The position numbers and the translations under genes were made by a program. A DNA stretch of 64,000 nt from Squalus acanthias (lineage: Eukaryota), in contig CM059435.1 of assembly GCA_030390025.1 (NCBI GenBank), positions 30,070,001 through 30,134,000 of the forward strand. The letters are read 5' to 3'. Of the stretch, positions 26,141 through 38,009 are shown one piece after another. The notes beneath the pieces are model-generated. The model searched no databases and was not told where the DNA came from. It saw nothing but the letters and a program-made list of their open reading frames with translations. Position 1 is the first letter of the stretch; the number at the start of each line of letters is the position of its first letter.

Positions 26141-26230
26141 TAAAAACAGAAAATGCTGGGAATACTCAGCAGGTCAGGCAGTATCTGTGGAGAGAGAAAG
26201 AGAGTTCAGGTCGATGACCTTTTGACAGGA
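26141..26230 (-). mobile_element. Penelope-type 3' tail with degenerate hammerhead
   Basis: Reverse complement ctgtcaa-aaggtcatcgacct-gaactctc..ccacagatactgcctgacctgctgagtattcccagcattttctg parallels 5895-5985, but the core is mutated. Confidence 0.7.
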
Positions 26231-27739
26231 GTTGACGCATGAGCAGAGACTATGGGAGACCGAAAGGAGTGCATAACCTTACGGATCTACTGCCTGGCAG
26301 GTCTAATAGTTGGAGATCTCCGTCAGTGGCCTAAGGTTGAATCCTAGCCTTTCAATTTTGCACCTCTGAGCAAATTTGATCTTCTCTTGCTCAGCTAATG
26401 AGGCCGAGTGTCGTACACAAGTGTTAGAGGTCTTTAGAACGAGAGAAAACTGCCTAAGCTGTTGTCTCGCCCCAAAATATCCACCTCTGGTTAATTGTAC
26501 TGTAATATTCAAGGTTTGAGGAAACCTGTGGATCAGCCATTCCTGCTAATTTGTTGAAAGAGGACATCTAAAGAAGTTGGGCCTCCAGGTGAGGGGCATG
26601 GAGGAGAACAAGGATTAAAATGTGGTTTTAATTTTTGTGGACTTGGTTTTCTTTCCCTGATTAGAAACACATCTGCACACAATGAGAATTTTTAATGAAT
26701 AAAATGGGACTTTCTGTACCATTCCAATTTATTGTGTACCTACTTTCATATGTTTCACAAACCTCAGCCTGCAGCTGACTTTGTTGCACTGAGATTGAAT
26801 GCCAGATCACAGAGGTGAAGTGTAGTGGCTCCGTGTCAGTAAAGGGAAAATGACAAGAACATGGGATTTACAAAAACTGCACACAGTTCTAACTACACAC
26901 ACCAGAGACTCTAATTTACTTGAAGCCATTTGGGACAGTAATAAACTTCCTGTTATAAAAAAAAACCCAATAAAAATTGTTGCATTCTGTATCCTCTCCA
27001 CATGACCTATGTTGATGAGACAAGAAATGAATGAAACTTTTTCAGGAATTTTGGTTCATAAATAAACATCTGCTGTAATGAACTCGTGCTTCATTGAAAG
27101 TGACTGCTACCCATATCTTTGAGTGGAGAATAGTGTATCCAAAGTACAAACTTGTATCCATTGCTGGCTCCACTCCGCTCCACACATTTCCAGGAAATGG
27201 ATGCAGAATATTAGTTCTACAGTGGAGCCCACTTGAAGAGGGAGAGTACTGCCGCTGCAGGGTTTATATATTTAAAAGTGAAAGTTTTGATATTATTAAG
27301 GAATTTAATACAGCAGAGTGCTGGCTGAAATTTGATTCACTATGATTTATTGCATCTTGTATATTAGCCTTCCTCCCCAAATTGATGATCACATTTTAGT
27401 CGATTGTTGAGCTCGTTACTCCGTGCACACATATTGCTCAAATACTGGCACTTGCAGTATCTCCATTTATTGTACTGATCAAATACTGAGACCTCTCAGT
27501 GGCCGCATTGCTGTACATCGTGGTTACAGTGCACCTTGAACATACTCTGTTTGCTTGATGGGGAGTACACACTTTTTCCCTATAGGGATAAATCCCACTT
27601 GCCTAAATCCAGAGAGCTTATATGCAGGTTGGCAGATTTCATGCTTGGTTACCTACTTAATGTTCAGATACTGCTGCATTTAACTGGCTAAATCATGTAG
27701 CCCATCAGGACTTGGCACTGCTAAGCCTTGCTGCTTCAT

Positions 27740-27965
27740 GTGCAGCTAGGATCATCCTGTGTGTTCGCTCTGGAATTCTCTCCCTAAACCTTTTTGCCTT
27801 TCCTACAAGACACTCTGTAAAACCTACCTCTTTGATCAAGCTTTTGGTTACTTGTCCTAATGTCTCCTCTTTCGGCTCAATCAATTTTTTGTCTGATTAG
27901 GCTTCTGTGAAGTGCCTTGGGCAGTTTTACTACGTTAAAAGTTGCTATATAAATGCAAGTTGTGG
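27740..27965 (+). mobile_element. L2 3' tail fragment
   Basis: Ends gctatataaatgcaagttgt; similar to 34310-34505. Confidence 0.7.
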
Positions 27966-29269
27966 TGGTGGTGTTGGTGTACCAGCTAGTTCAGTGAGAA
28001 GAAACCCAGCTTACAGAGATGGGTCTGTCCCTCTGGGTTCCATTCATGAGCCAGGCTGGCTCGAACGAGCACGAGAACTGTGAAGCTCCCCAGCTCGGGT
28101 ATCAGGTTGGAGTCTGCCACAGAAGGTTGAATTGGTTTCAAATTTGCATTGCTACGCATGTATTCTTCGAGTCCTCTCAATCCCCAGGAGGCCCCAATTG
28201 CAATGCCCCCTTTCTTTGTTCCCGCCGCGCCCCCGCCCCCCCCCCCCCCCGATCCCAGCCAAGGGTAGTCACGAGTTAATCATCAGACAAGTGGAAGATG
28301 AGAGTTTGAGGTTTAGGTGGAGAGCAGGTACTACCCTGGCAAGTAGTGCAGCTCATCGCAAATTGTATAAGCACATTGCCACCATCTTCCTGATCACAGT
28401 GTGCATAAGCAAAAGGTGGCTGCAGCTGTTGAAGGTGTGCAACATTAGCAAATTGCGTTGTAATCGTAGCAGGCACTGAGCCCTGGTTAGGAGTGTATGT
28501 TCATACTTGGCCTGCAGGTAAAGCCTTCCAGCAGCTGTTCCAAATCTCAGTTTCTTCAGTTTTTATGAGCAATATTGATGGCTATGTACTTTTAGCATGA
28601 TGAAAGGATCTACACAGGGCAGTTAGTGTCGTTTCTGCCATCTTGATGTTTTGGACATTTAAGTTCAATGCCACGTACCAAGCTTGCTCATCAGCAAATG
28701 CTAAATCCAGGTCCTGCTGAGTAATTTCGACTTGAGGCTGACTCTTCCTACTTTCCAGCTGCCCGTCTATTTTTCTGCCATAAATCCATCTGTTTGATCC
28801 TGGATATCATTTAGAGTCAGAGGAAGCCTTTGCATTGCATGCCTTGGAATGCTAAATGATGTAGAGGAACTGTTGGAACTTGTTTTATAAGCCAGAAGTT
28901 TGGGACTGCAATAGGACCTTTTGAAGTATAATTGGCTTGAGTATAGTGCAGTTTGTTGTTTGGAGGTTGTTGTTGGCACATTGTTGAAACTGTGAAGGGA
29001 ACTTTACCCTACATCTAACTTGTGCTTGTACCTAACCCATGACTGCTTGGTGAGAATGGATGTTCTGTTCTGCCTTGATTATAAAAAAATGCACCTAAAA
29101 GTTGTAATTTAAAAAAAAAAAATGGTCCTTTTATATTCAATGGTATTAGAATATAGAATTAGACACTTAATTTGTTTTCCATTTTTAGCAACACATGGAG
29201 TGAAATAATTTATTGCCAAGCTTGCTCTATGAATTGGTCGTGTGATGTTCTCTAACCTTTGATTTCTAG

Positions 29270-29417
29270 GTCTGAAGTTGGGCATGGAGCGTGATGCATA
29301 TGTCATGATCTCGGAGAAGGGAGAGAAGCTCTATCACATGATGATGAGCAAGAAGGGAAATCTTATAAAGGACAGGAGGAGAAAGCTTTCTATTGTCCCG
29401 AAGTGCTTTTTTGGCAA
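29270..29417 (+). CDS. PREX1: PREX1 exon, PH-DEP1 linker/DEP1 start ([48 protein letters not shown])
   Basis: gatttctag acceptor, gtaagg donor; 148 nt, phase 1/2; read manually, not in the ORF track. Confidence 0.96.
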
Positions 29418-31240
29418 GTAAGGCAACATCAATTTTCATGTCCTATTCATGCAACTTGAAAGACTGTACACTTGATTTCCTGTAAACTTCATTTTGGTTT
29501 GCCAAATCAGATAAAATTTGATGGGCCCTAATTGCAAAGACATTACTATCTATTATTCAAGCAACAGCAATTAATCATTTTTGTCTTAACTGCACGCTGA
29601 ATGCAGATTGCGTGGTGTAGCAACGCCACATATTTTCCATTACACTGTAACTTAAAAATTGCAGTGAACACAATTAAATGTTTTATAAACACTTTACAAA
29701 AAAATGTTACTACACACACAGCTTGTATTAGTTAACTGTATATTAATCCAGGTCATATTACATTCAATTATAAATCATCTGGCAATTTATGCCATGATCA
29801 ACAGCATTGCATAGTAAATTCAACCTGCTGTAATTAGATTGTATGCATTCTGCTGAATGTAGTCATTTGTTTTCTGTATCTGCTCCATAAAGTACATGTT
29901 GCATAGAGGATATCTTGCCAATTACATTGAATTCAAAGTATGAAAGATCCCTAGTGTATAATCATTGTAGATAGCGATTTACAGTTTTCTATTGCACGAG
30001 CGGAAAGCACACTTGGAACTGCATCAACAGTGATCTAATTCGTATGTTAAATGGATCTTCAGATAATTTCTGTGCTTTTTCCTGCTGCTAATTGTAAAGT
30101 GTTACATAACATTTGTGAAATAATTTATCCTTGTGAATTTTACACGAGAACAGTTGTATAACGACTGAAATGACCAGTGGTGCTAATATAAATTAAAAGA
30201 TTTAAATAGATGTTGCCCCTGCATCATGAACCAAACTGGGTCTCTTGAACGAGTAGGGAGATGACAATGTAAGTGTAGGCTTTCAACTATATCATCTGTA
30301 TGAGAATACAAGCTCCCCTGTTCCCTCCAAATGCAGTACTTAAAAAGAAAACTCCAATAATGAAAATGTCATCTGGTTTTAATATTCACCTACTATCTGT
30401 CTGTGACCTCATGACATCAGTGATATTATCCTATGTGTAACGACTGCTGATGGTATAGACTGTTCCTTTTTGTCTAAGTTTAAGTGCCTCAGATTGGCTC
30501 ATACTAATTGGTGCAACTGAGTCACCTGATTGAAACGCTGAAAGGATATTTCATTAACCATTAAATATGACAGTCAAAATTTAAAAAGGTTTATACTTTT
30601 TTGCACATAATTTGGATGTACTTGCAGTCAACATGCGCCACTAGTTGCTGTGTGTAGAAAGGTGATATTTGAGTGAATTAAAACTGAAATTTGTTTCTGG
30701 CTTTTGAAAAAGCTACTGCCTGGCTGTGGGCCAAATTCAACATAAAAGAAGCCTCAACTGTTTAAGAATTAGGCACTTGTCGGAGCTTATGAATTGTGCC
30801 AAAGGAACTCTTGGGTTTATGTACTTTAGATGGAAACTAGCTCTCAGAAATGAGCACGCAGCTTTAAAAAAAAAAAGTTTTACAGCTACAGTAGCTTGCC
30901 TGTTGACGGAGGACATTAACTTTTTAAAAAACTAATTTATTATAAAAGTTAGATTAAAAAAAAATCTAATTATCCAATTAAAATCATAGACATTTGAGTG
31001 TGTTTAGGTAAAGTCCTCGTTTATAAACGGCCTTGTAATTAATTTAATACCTTGAGGCTTCTTGTGAAAATTGCTTTTTTCTTTGCAGATTTTAATCAGA
31101 TTATATATGAACATTAACGTGAAGTTTTGTATTGCAAGTGTGCTAATAAGAGTATTTGTACTATTCAAACACTGGAGATAATTACTTGCTTTTGTTTTGT
31201 GCTAGCTGTATGAAGTTCTTGTTTAATATTTTGCTTCCAG

Positions 31241-31341
31241 TGAGTTTGTTTCCTGGCTGATGGAAATAGGAGAGATCACTAAAGCCGAGGAAGGAGTGAA
31301 TCTGGGTCAAGCATTGCTTGAGAATGGCATCATTCATCATG
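31241..31341 (+). CDS. PREX1: PREX1 exon, DEP1 ([33 protein letters not shown])
   Basis: ttgcttccag acceptor, gtgagt donor; 101 nt, phase 2/1. Confidence 0.96.
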
Positions 31342-34169
31342 GTGAGTACATCCAAGCAAACTTTTAAAGTGCATTGCAAAGGAAGGCTGCGCTTTTCATC
31401 TAGGTCCGAGGCAGCTGTCAATGATGTGCCTTGAAATGATCCAACTCAAATGAACTGGATAAATTTGCTGGCAATCAGAGTGAACACAGCTTCACTTAAA
31501 GGGGAAGCTCATTAACTCCAGTTGTCAGATTCACTCGAGTTGTTGTAAAATGCATATAAACTGTGTTTTTCATGAGAAAGCGGAACACTTTTCCTGACCA
31601 ATCTCACCATAGTTCAGTATCTTGCGCGGTTTATATCTGGCGAATATCTCCTTATAGTGCAGAGCCGTACACAGTGCTATTTGTGAGTATCTCAGCATAG
31701 TACAATGTCTTGTACAGTGTATATATGGGAACTTCATTTAACAGCTCCTTTCTCCATCCCAATGCACATGCGGACACATGCATACAAGGCAGGGTCACAC
31801 ATCTAAAAGTGTCATGTGGTGTGGGGTAACTTTTGCCTAACCCATCTAGAATTGAACTTGCACCTAATTAGTGTTTCTTCACATCTTTCAAACTACCCAA
31901 AGTGCTCATAGATGGTAAAGTGGCAGTTTGGGCACAGCAATATCCCACAAGCAGCGATATGAAGAATGACTAATTAAACTGTTCTTGGTGGTATTGGTTA
32001 ATGGAGAAATGTTGAGGATCAATATGAGGATTTCCCAACTTGAAAGTCATGATCTGTCATCACATTTATAATTTTGGAATGTGTTGCTCTGTCAGCTTAA
32101 TTTTAAACATTCAGTTTACAGTTTAATTGGGAACGAAGTAGTTCAATGTTCACTAATCTGAATAGCAGCCACTTAATTAGAAAACTTTGATTTTTTTTTG
32201 ACATTTTGAAATGACACAATTATCCAACCGGTGTTTGATACAGAAAATGCAAATATCAGACTTAAGAGGTTGAAGAGTGACCTGATGGAGATTTTCAAGA
32301 AAAGTGAAACATGTAAGGTGCAAAGTTAAGAATTATAAGGGAATCTTAAATAGTGTCCTCACACTAAAGGGGATTGGAATACAGAATTCTCAGCCTCAAA
32401 CTGCTGTTAAAATAGTTCATAAATTCAAAAAATAAGATGTCTGAAGAAGAATATTAGATTGTCTAGGAAGTGAGCAGGAAGGTGGGATTAATCGAGTTAG
32501 CTGAGGAGTAAAACACTGGCACAGATTTGAAGGGCTCAGTGGCCTGTTTCATGCTTTAAAATTCTATGATTCCATGAACACTTACCAGTTGTGTCCACTG
32601 ATAAATGGTAGAGTTGAATAGTTGCTTTTTAGGGATCGACTCAAATTGGCTTGAAATTTATTGAGAAAATCACAACTGCTGCAGGCAAAGTCTATTGCTG
32701 CCAGTTAAACAAGTTCTGCCATTCTTAGTTTTGTACTAAATGATTGACTTTTGGAACAACTTCTTCTGTGGTCTTGAAATGAGGGCAACGGAGGAGTTCT
32801 GATGCTATGCCCAGACATCTCATGGCTGTGATGGTCCATGAAAAGAGCAAAGGGAATGGTGAGAAAATACAGGATTTTTTTTTGGAAGCCATGTGTCTGA
32901 TATGTGCCAAAAACCACCATCATCCTAGAGAGACTCCAAGCTAAGCTACTGAGAAATCAACATAAGTGAGTTTCTGTTTCTGTTTCTCTTATGTGGAGGG
33001 CGTGCACTATCCCTGGAGGGACACACTCCACTTCAACCCAGAGAACTTGACTCTTGCTAGCCTGTGCCTAGCGATCGTCAAGTGTGCACATGGGGATTGC
33101 TGGAGTTTAACCAGCTACAACCACACAACGTAATGGAACAGGGCACGGTTTGTCCAGCTGGAACCACCCTACCAGTTGGGGTATTGGCTTAAAGAGTAAT
33201 CTAGAGCGAAATATCTCTGTTCCCAGTAACAGATATACCTCTCCAGGTCCTATCTATAGCCCTGGCTGACTCAGCAATGTTCTGAAGTGCTGCAGACCTG
33301 TCTGGCTCAGATTTTGGATTAAAGCAGCAATGGGAAGAAGGGACAAGGACCACAAGATGTTGTTAGGTGATTGAGATGGATTATTAATGGAGATGCTTGG
33401 ACAAAAACAAAAGTATGACAGCTTGGCATTAAAACTGAGCACTAATGGAAGGAATTGAAGTGATGAAATTAGGCCTGGGTACCAGGACCCCCAAGGAAAT
33501 AATGGAATAAAAGATACTGGAAAGTAATATCCTTAAATCAACTTAAATGAAGGAATTGAATTGCTAATTATTTTCTAGAATTGCTTTTCTTATTAAAATT
33601 GTCTGCAACTGGGTAAAATAGCTTCAGTGAAATGACCATATGCTATTCAGTACCTTGCGGTTTATCTCAAGGTTGCGCATGTTTCAGTGCATCATGTACT
33701 CTATCTACTTGATTTAAGTGTTTTGGCTATTGAAGCTAAGGCAGACCCATTTAATTTGGCTTTGGCTTGATCTGAAGCATCTCTGCCACAGCCATGGCTA
33801 ATCACTAAAAATATTCATTCTTCAAGGGAAATTAAACCTTTGAATTGCCTTTGCTTCACTTTTGACTTGCAGCTTTTACACAATTGCACCATTGGGCAGA
33901 GGAAGAGAGACAGCTTTTCACCTGCACGGTGTCTTCTAAACTTGTTGAGCATCCTCTTTACGTGCACACAATTGCTATTTATTCATCTGACCTGAACTTG
34001 CTTCTTCTGACTTGCAGAGGAATGTCTTTAAACCATGACGTTGTCCCATGTATAGTGGAGCAACTTTACATGGCATTACCCCATAATAGAATGGCTGGCG
34101 TTAAAGTACTGATTTGGAGATGCTTTTAGCAATAATCTGCAAAATTTAAAGTTACCGTTTTTAATTGTA

Positions 34170-34505
34170 TCCCTTCATGGCCTCGTCCCTCCCTATCTCT
34201 GTAACCTCAAACTCTGCGATCTCTGCGCTCCTCCAGTGCTGGCCTCCTGCGCATCCTCAATTTCCATTGCTCCACCATTGGCGGCCGTGCCTTCAGCTGC
34301 CTAGGCCCTAAGCTCTGGAATTTCCTCCCGAAACCTCTCTACCCCTCTCTCCTCCTCCTTTTAAGACACTCCTTAAAACCGACCTCTTTCACCTGTCCTA
34401 ATATCTCCTTATGTGGCTCGGTGTCAAATTTTATTTGATAATATGCCTGTGAAGTACCTTTGGACATTTTATTATGTTAAAGGCACTATATAAATGAAAG
34501 TTGGT
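34170..34505 (+). mobile_element. L2 LINE 3' end
   Basis: Encodes SLHGLVPPYL..GGRAFSCLGPKLWN, followed by the ctatataaatg tail. Confidence 0.8.
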
Positions 34506-34899
34506 GTATTTATTTATAAGTAATATAGTTGACATTCTTCACCTTCCCTGAACCACCACTTGAAAATATAAAATGTAAAGTTGATTTAATACCTTCACAA
34601 TATGCAGCCCAGAAACGGCACTGAGATGGGGGAAGACCAGCTGGGTTGTTGAGTGTGTTGTTAACATTTGATCTAATCAATATCGGAGATTATAATTTCA
34701 AGATGAAGTAACTGTTTCTAAATTTAATTGAAACTATACCATTTCCTTCAGTAAATAGCTGTCCACAGGTTTATATGTTAAACTAAGTTTAGCAAAACCC
34801 ATTTTGCTGAATGATATGGTTCTTATTAGCAAAGCACAGGTTTAATAGGGATGGGAGGGGAAGAAAAGCACAAATCTGTATGTGACAAATTCTCTCGCT

Positions 34900-35695
34900 T
34901 ACATAGAATTGCATAGTTTACAGGACAAGAACAGGCTATTCGGTCCAACATGTCCATATCGGTGTTGATGCCCCACATGAACCTCCTCCCACCCTGCTTC
35001 ATCTGACCCTATCAGCATATCCCACTATTCCTTACTCCCTCGTGTTTATCTCGCTTCCCATTAATTGCATCTATGCTATTCGCCTCAACTACTCCTTGTG
35101 GTAGCAAGTTCCACATTCTAACCACTCTGAGTAAATAATGTTCTCCTGAATTCCCTATTGGATTTATTCATGACTATCTTATATTTATGACCTCTAGTTT
35201 TGGGCTCCCCACACATGGGAACATTTACTCTATGTCTACCCTATCAAACCCTTTCATAATGTTAAAGACGTTCATCACGGAACCCCTCAGCCTTCTCTTT
35301 TCTAGAGCAAAGAATCCTAGCCTGTACAGCCTATCCTGATGAGTACTTCCCCTCAGTTCTGTTATCATCCTTGTGAATCTTTTTTGCACCTTCTCCAGTG
35401 CCTCTATATCCTTTTTGTAATATGGAGACCAGAACTGTTCGCAGTACTCCAAGTGTGGTCTAATCAAGGTTCTATACAAGTTTAACATAACTTCACTGCT
35501 TTTCAATTCTATTCCTCTAGAAATTAATGCCAATACTTGGTTTTCTTTTTTATGGCCTTATTAACCTGTGTCACTAATTTTAGTGATTTGTGTATCTGTA
35601 CCCCATGATCCCTTTGTTCCTCTAACCCTATTATCCAATCAGTATGTGGCCTCCTTATTCTTCCTACCAACATGTACCACCTCACACTTTTCTAT
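34900..35695 (-). mobile_element. CR1 LINE 3' fragment
   Basis: ORF 35225..35533 (LYRTLIRPHLEYCEQFWSPYYKKDIEALEKVQKRFTRMI) plus 3' UTR. Confidence 0.9.
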
Positions 35696-35921
35696 GTTTT
35701 GAACTTAGAACTCCCAGAAATATAATCTAGAAAATGGCAGCATTTCTAGCTGTTTAAATTATACTGTACTTCCAAGAAATTGTCAGGTTTAGTAATCATA
35801 CAGCAGTATTACATTTTTAAGTATGGTTAGATTGCAAGTCATTTTGGGATGATGGGCAAATAACATGATGCATTTTGTAGCCCTAACCTTGGTTTCTCTT
35901 GTGGACATTTTTATGTTTTAG

Positions 35922-36025
35922 TTTCTGACAAGCACCATTTCAAAAATGAGCTGGTACTCTACAGGTTTCGGTATGATGACGGAACCTACAAAGCTAGAAG
36001 TGAGATGGAAGATATCATGTCTAAG
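35922..36025 (+). CDS. PREX1: PREX1 exon, DEP1 end ([34 protein letters not shown])
   Basis: atgttttag acceptor, gtaatg donor; 104 nt, phase 1/0. Confidence 0.96.
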
Positions 36026-36233
36026 GTAATGCTCTTCTGTTGCTATAGATACATTCTATTTGAATAGGATTTCTCAGCTGTGGAACTTGCATGCTGTGTG
36101 GGGAAGGAACTTGTGGAATGAGCCCATTTGACTTGTGCTGGATACAGATGAAGAGTATTGTACATTTCTGAATAAAATTAAGGGACAGCACACTGGGTTT
36201 TGCATATAAAGGATATTACTCTTTTCTTGACAG

Positions 36234-36283
36234 GGCGTGAGGCTGTACTGTCGACTACACTGCCTTTTCACTCCTGTGGTTAA
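36234..36283 (+). CDS. PREX1: PREX1 50-nt exon (GVRLYCRLHCLFTPVVK)
   Basis: cttttcttgacag acceptor, gtaagt donor; phase 0/2; matches recalled GVRLYCRLHSL.TPVI. Confidence 0.94.
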
Positions 36284-37578
36284 GTAAGTTGTGTTATTTT
36301 TTTTTCCAGTGATTTTTGATTTCATGAGGGGTAAAGACTAAATAAACATCTGTCAATCATTGAGTGAAAAGAAACGTCCTTGCATACTACTGATTAACTA
36401 TTCAATTTGAGTCTGTTTTTGTCTTTTTTGTTCAAATAATTTCACAAATTAGAGAATTTGTTTGCATCTGTGGATTTACTTTTGCACATGAAAATAAACT
36501 TCCAAATGCCACGAAGTAATAGGGCATATTTTTGAGTAGAGTTCCCAGTATTGATGCACTAATGATAATAGGTAACTGCTTGATATATTGCTCCATATAA
36601 TGCTTCCCAGATGTAATTCAGAAACAGAATGTTGTAATCTGAATCATAAAAGATGTACATCACTCAAACGTTGTCCTTTTGCAGTTGGGATTATATCTAA
36701 TGGCCCTGTGTCTAGTTTTGCTAGATCTTCTCGTGTATAAATTGTTTTGTTTCTTCGTGAGCATTGAGTGTTAAGAATACACTGTTATAAGCTATGTCTG
36801 CCATTAATCCTGATTTCCCCAAAATGACAGCTTAATTAATTAGGGGCTGACTGAGGACATGGGACAGTTGAGACAAAGTAATCAATGTCTCATTTTAAGA
36901 GATTAAAGCATATGTTATATGTGCTGAACTTTAGCACTGTTGACTTAATTGTGTACCAGAACAATAATGAGTAAATGTGACTCAAAGTATACGAGGGTGG
37001 AAGTAGTGGTGTGTCGGTGCTAGACGTCTGCTGGAGTCTTTTTTGGTAACAGCCTTTCATTTTTAAATAAGCCGAGTCCATGCTTTTGGTACAGGAAGCT
37101 TTGCTGTATTTTTATCCCATGTTACTTCCACATGTAATTCAGTCGTGTTATCTCATTAGCAAAGGAAATAAACAATTTTCTGTAGTATGTAAACTGAGAG
37201 AGAAGTTTTTTTCTTACATAAAATCAGACTGAAGAGACAAATGTTTTTGGCATAAATTGCCTCAGTATTTTCATCAGCAAAAGCAATTTAATGCTTTCCT
37301 GCCCAGACATTTCAAGAATTTTGATGAGAAATGGCAGCTTATTTTGATGATTGTTTGCGTTCCCAAAAAGTAGCTTTCAGATTGGATCTAATGTTCAGGG
37401 CAGTTTAAGTGACAGTAGGAATAGAGTTTTTCACAAGCCTGGAAGACCTAGACCTTTGAGCCTTGCAGAGCTGAGTAATTTGGGTCTCTGCTGAACTTGA
37501 GCTTCCCGCTGATGTAGTGGCGCATTCTTGTATTGCGATTTCCAACAAGTTTAAAACTTGCTGTTAGGTTTTATTTAA

Positions 37579-37713
37579 GATGTGGAGATGCCGGTGTTGG
37601 ACTGGGGTGGACAAATGTGAGAAGTCGCACAACACCAGGTTATAGTCCCAACAGTTTTATTTGAAATCACAAGCTTTCGGAGCGCTGCTCCTTCGTCAGG
37701 TGAAGTGAAGAGA
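37579..37713 (-). mobile_element. 135-bp Penelope terminal fragment with hammerhead
   Basis: 10-bp direct repeat TTTTATTTAA at 37569-37578 and 37714-37723; near-identical in reverse to 7546-7640. Confidence 0.85.
37667..37703 (-). ncRNA. Minimal type I hammerhead ribozyme motif
   Basis: Minus strand: TCAC-CTGACGA-A-GGAGC(agc)GCTCC-GAAAG-CTT-GTGA. Confidence 0.8.
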
Positions 37714-37933
37714 TTTTATTTAAAGCATTGCTCATTTCATGTATGTTGAAACGCATGGAGTGAATTTTTGAATCCTGTAAATAATGAACTCGGGTGCATC
37801 AATATTTAAAATAAATTGATCCCTTTTTAATTTAAAGAAAAAATAATAAAAGTTTCACAAGCATTGCCTGTATATGTGAACAAAATGCCCAAACTAATAA
37901 AGGACAAATCATCTTGTATTGTATCAAACACAG

Positions 37934-38009
37934 AGACCGAGATCACCATCTGAAGACCTACAAGTCTGTGGTGCCAGCCAGCAAGTTGATTGATTGGCTC
38001 CTAATGCAG
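37934..38009 (+). CDS. PREX1: PREX1 exon, DEP2 ([25 protein letters not shown])
   Basis: aaacacag acceptor (weak pyrimidine tract), gtaaga donor; 76 nt, phase 2/0. Confidence 0.93.

Noticed and set aside
26200-26230. Fourth hammerhead candidate (minus strand)
   Set aside because: Core reads CTGTCAA rather than CTGANGA and the GAAACGTT segment is partly deleted; predicted inactive.
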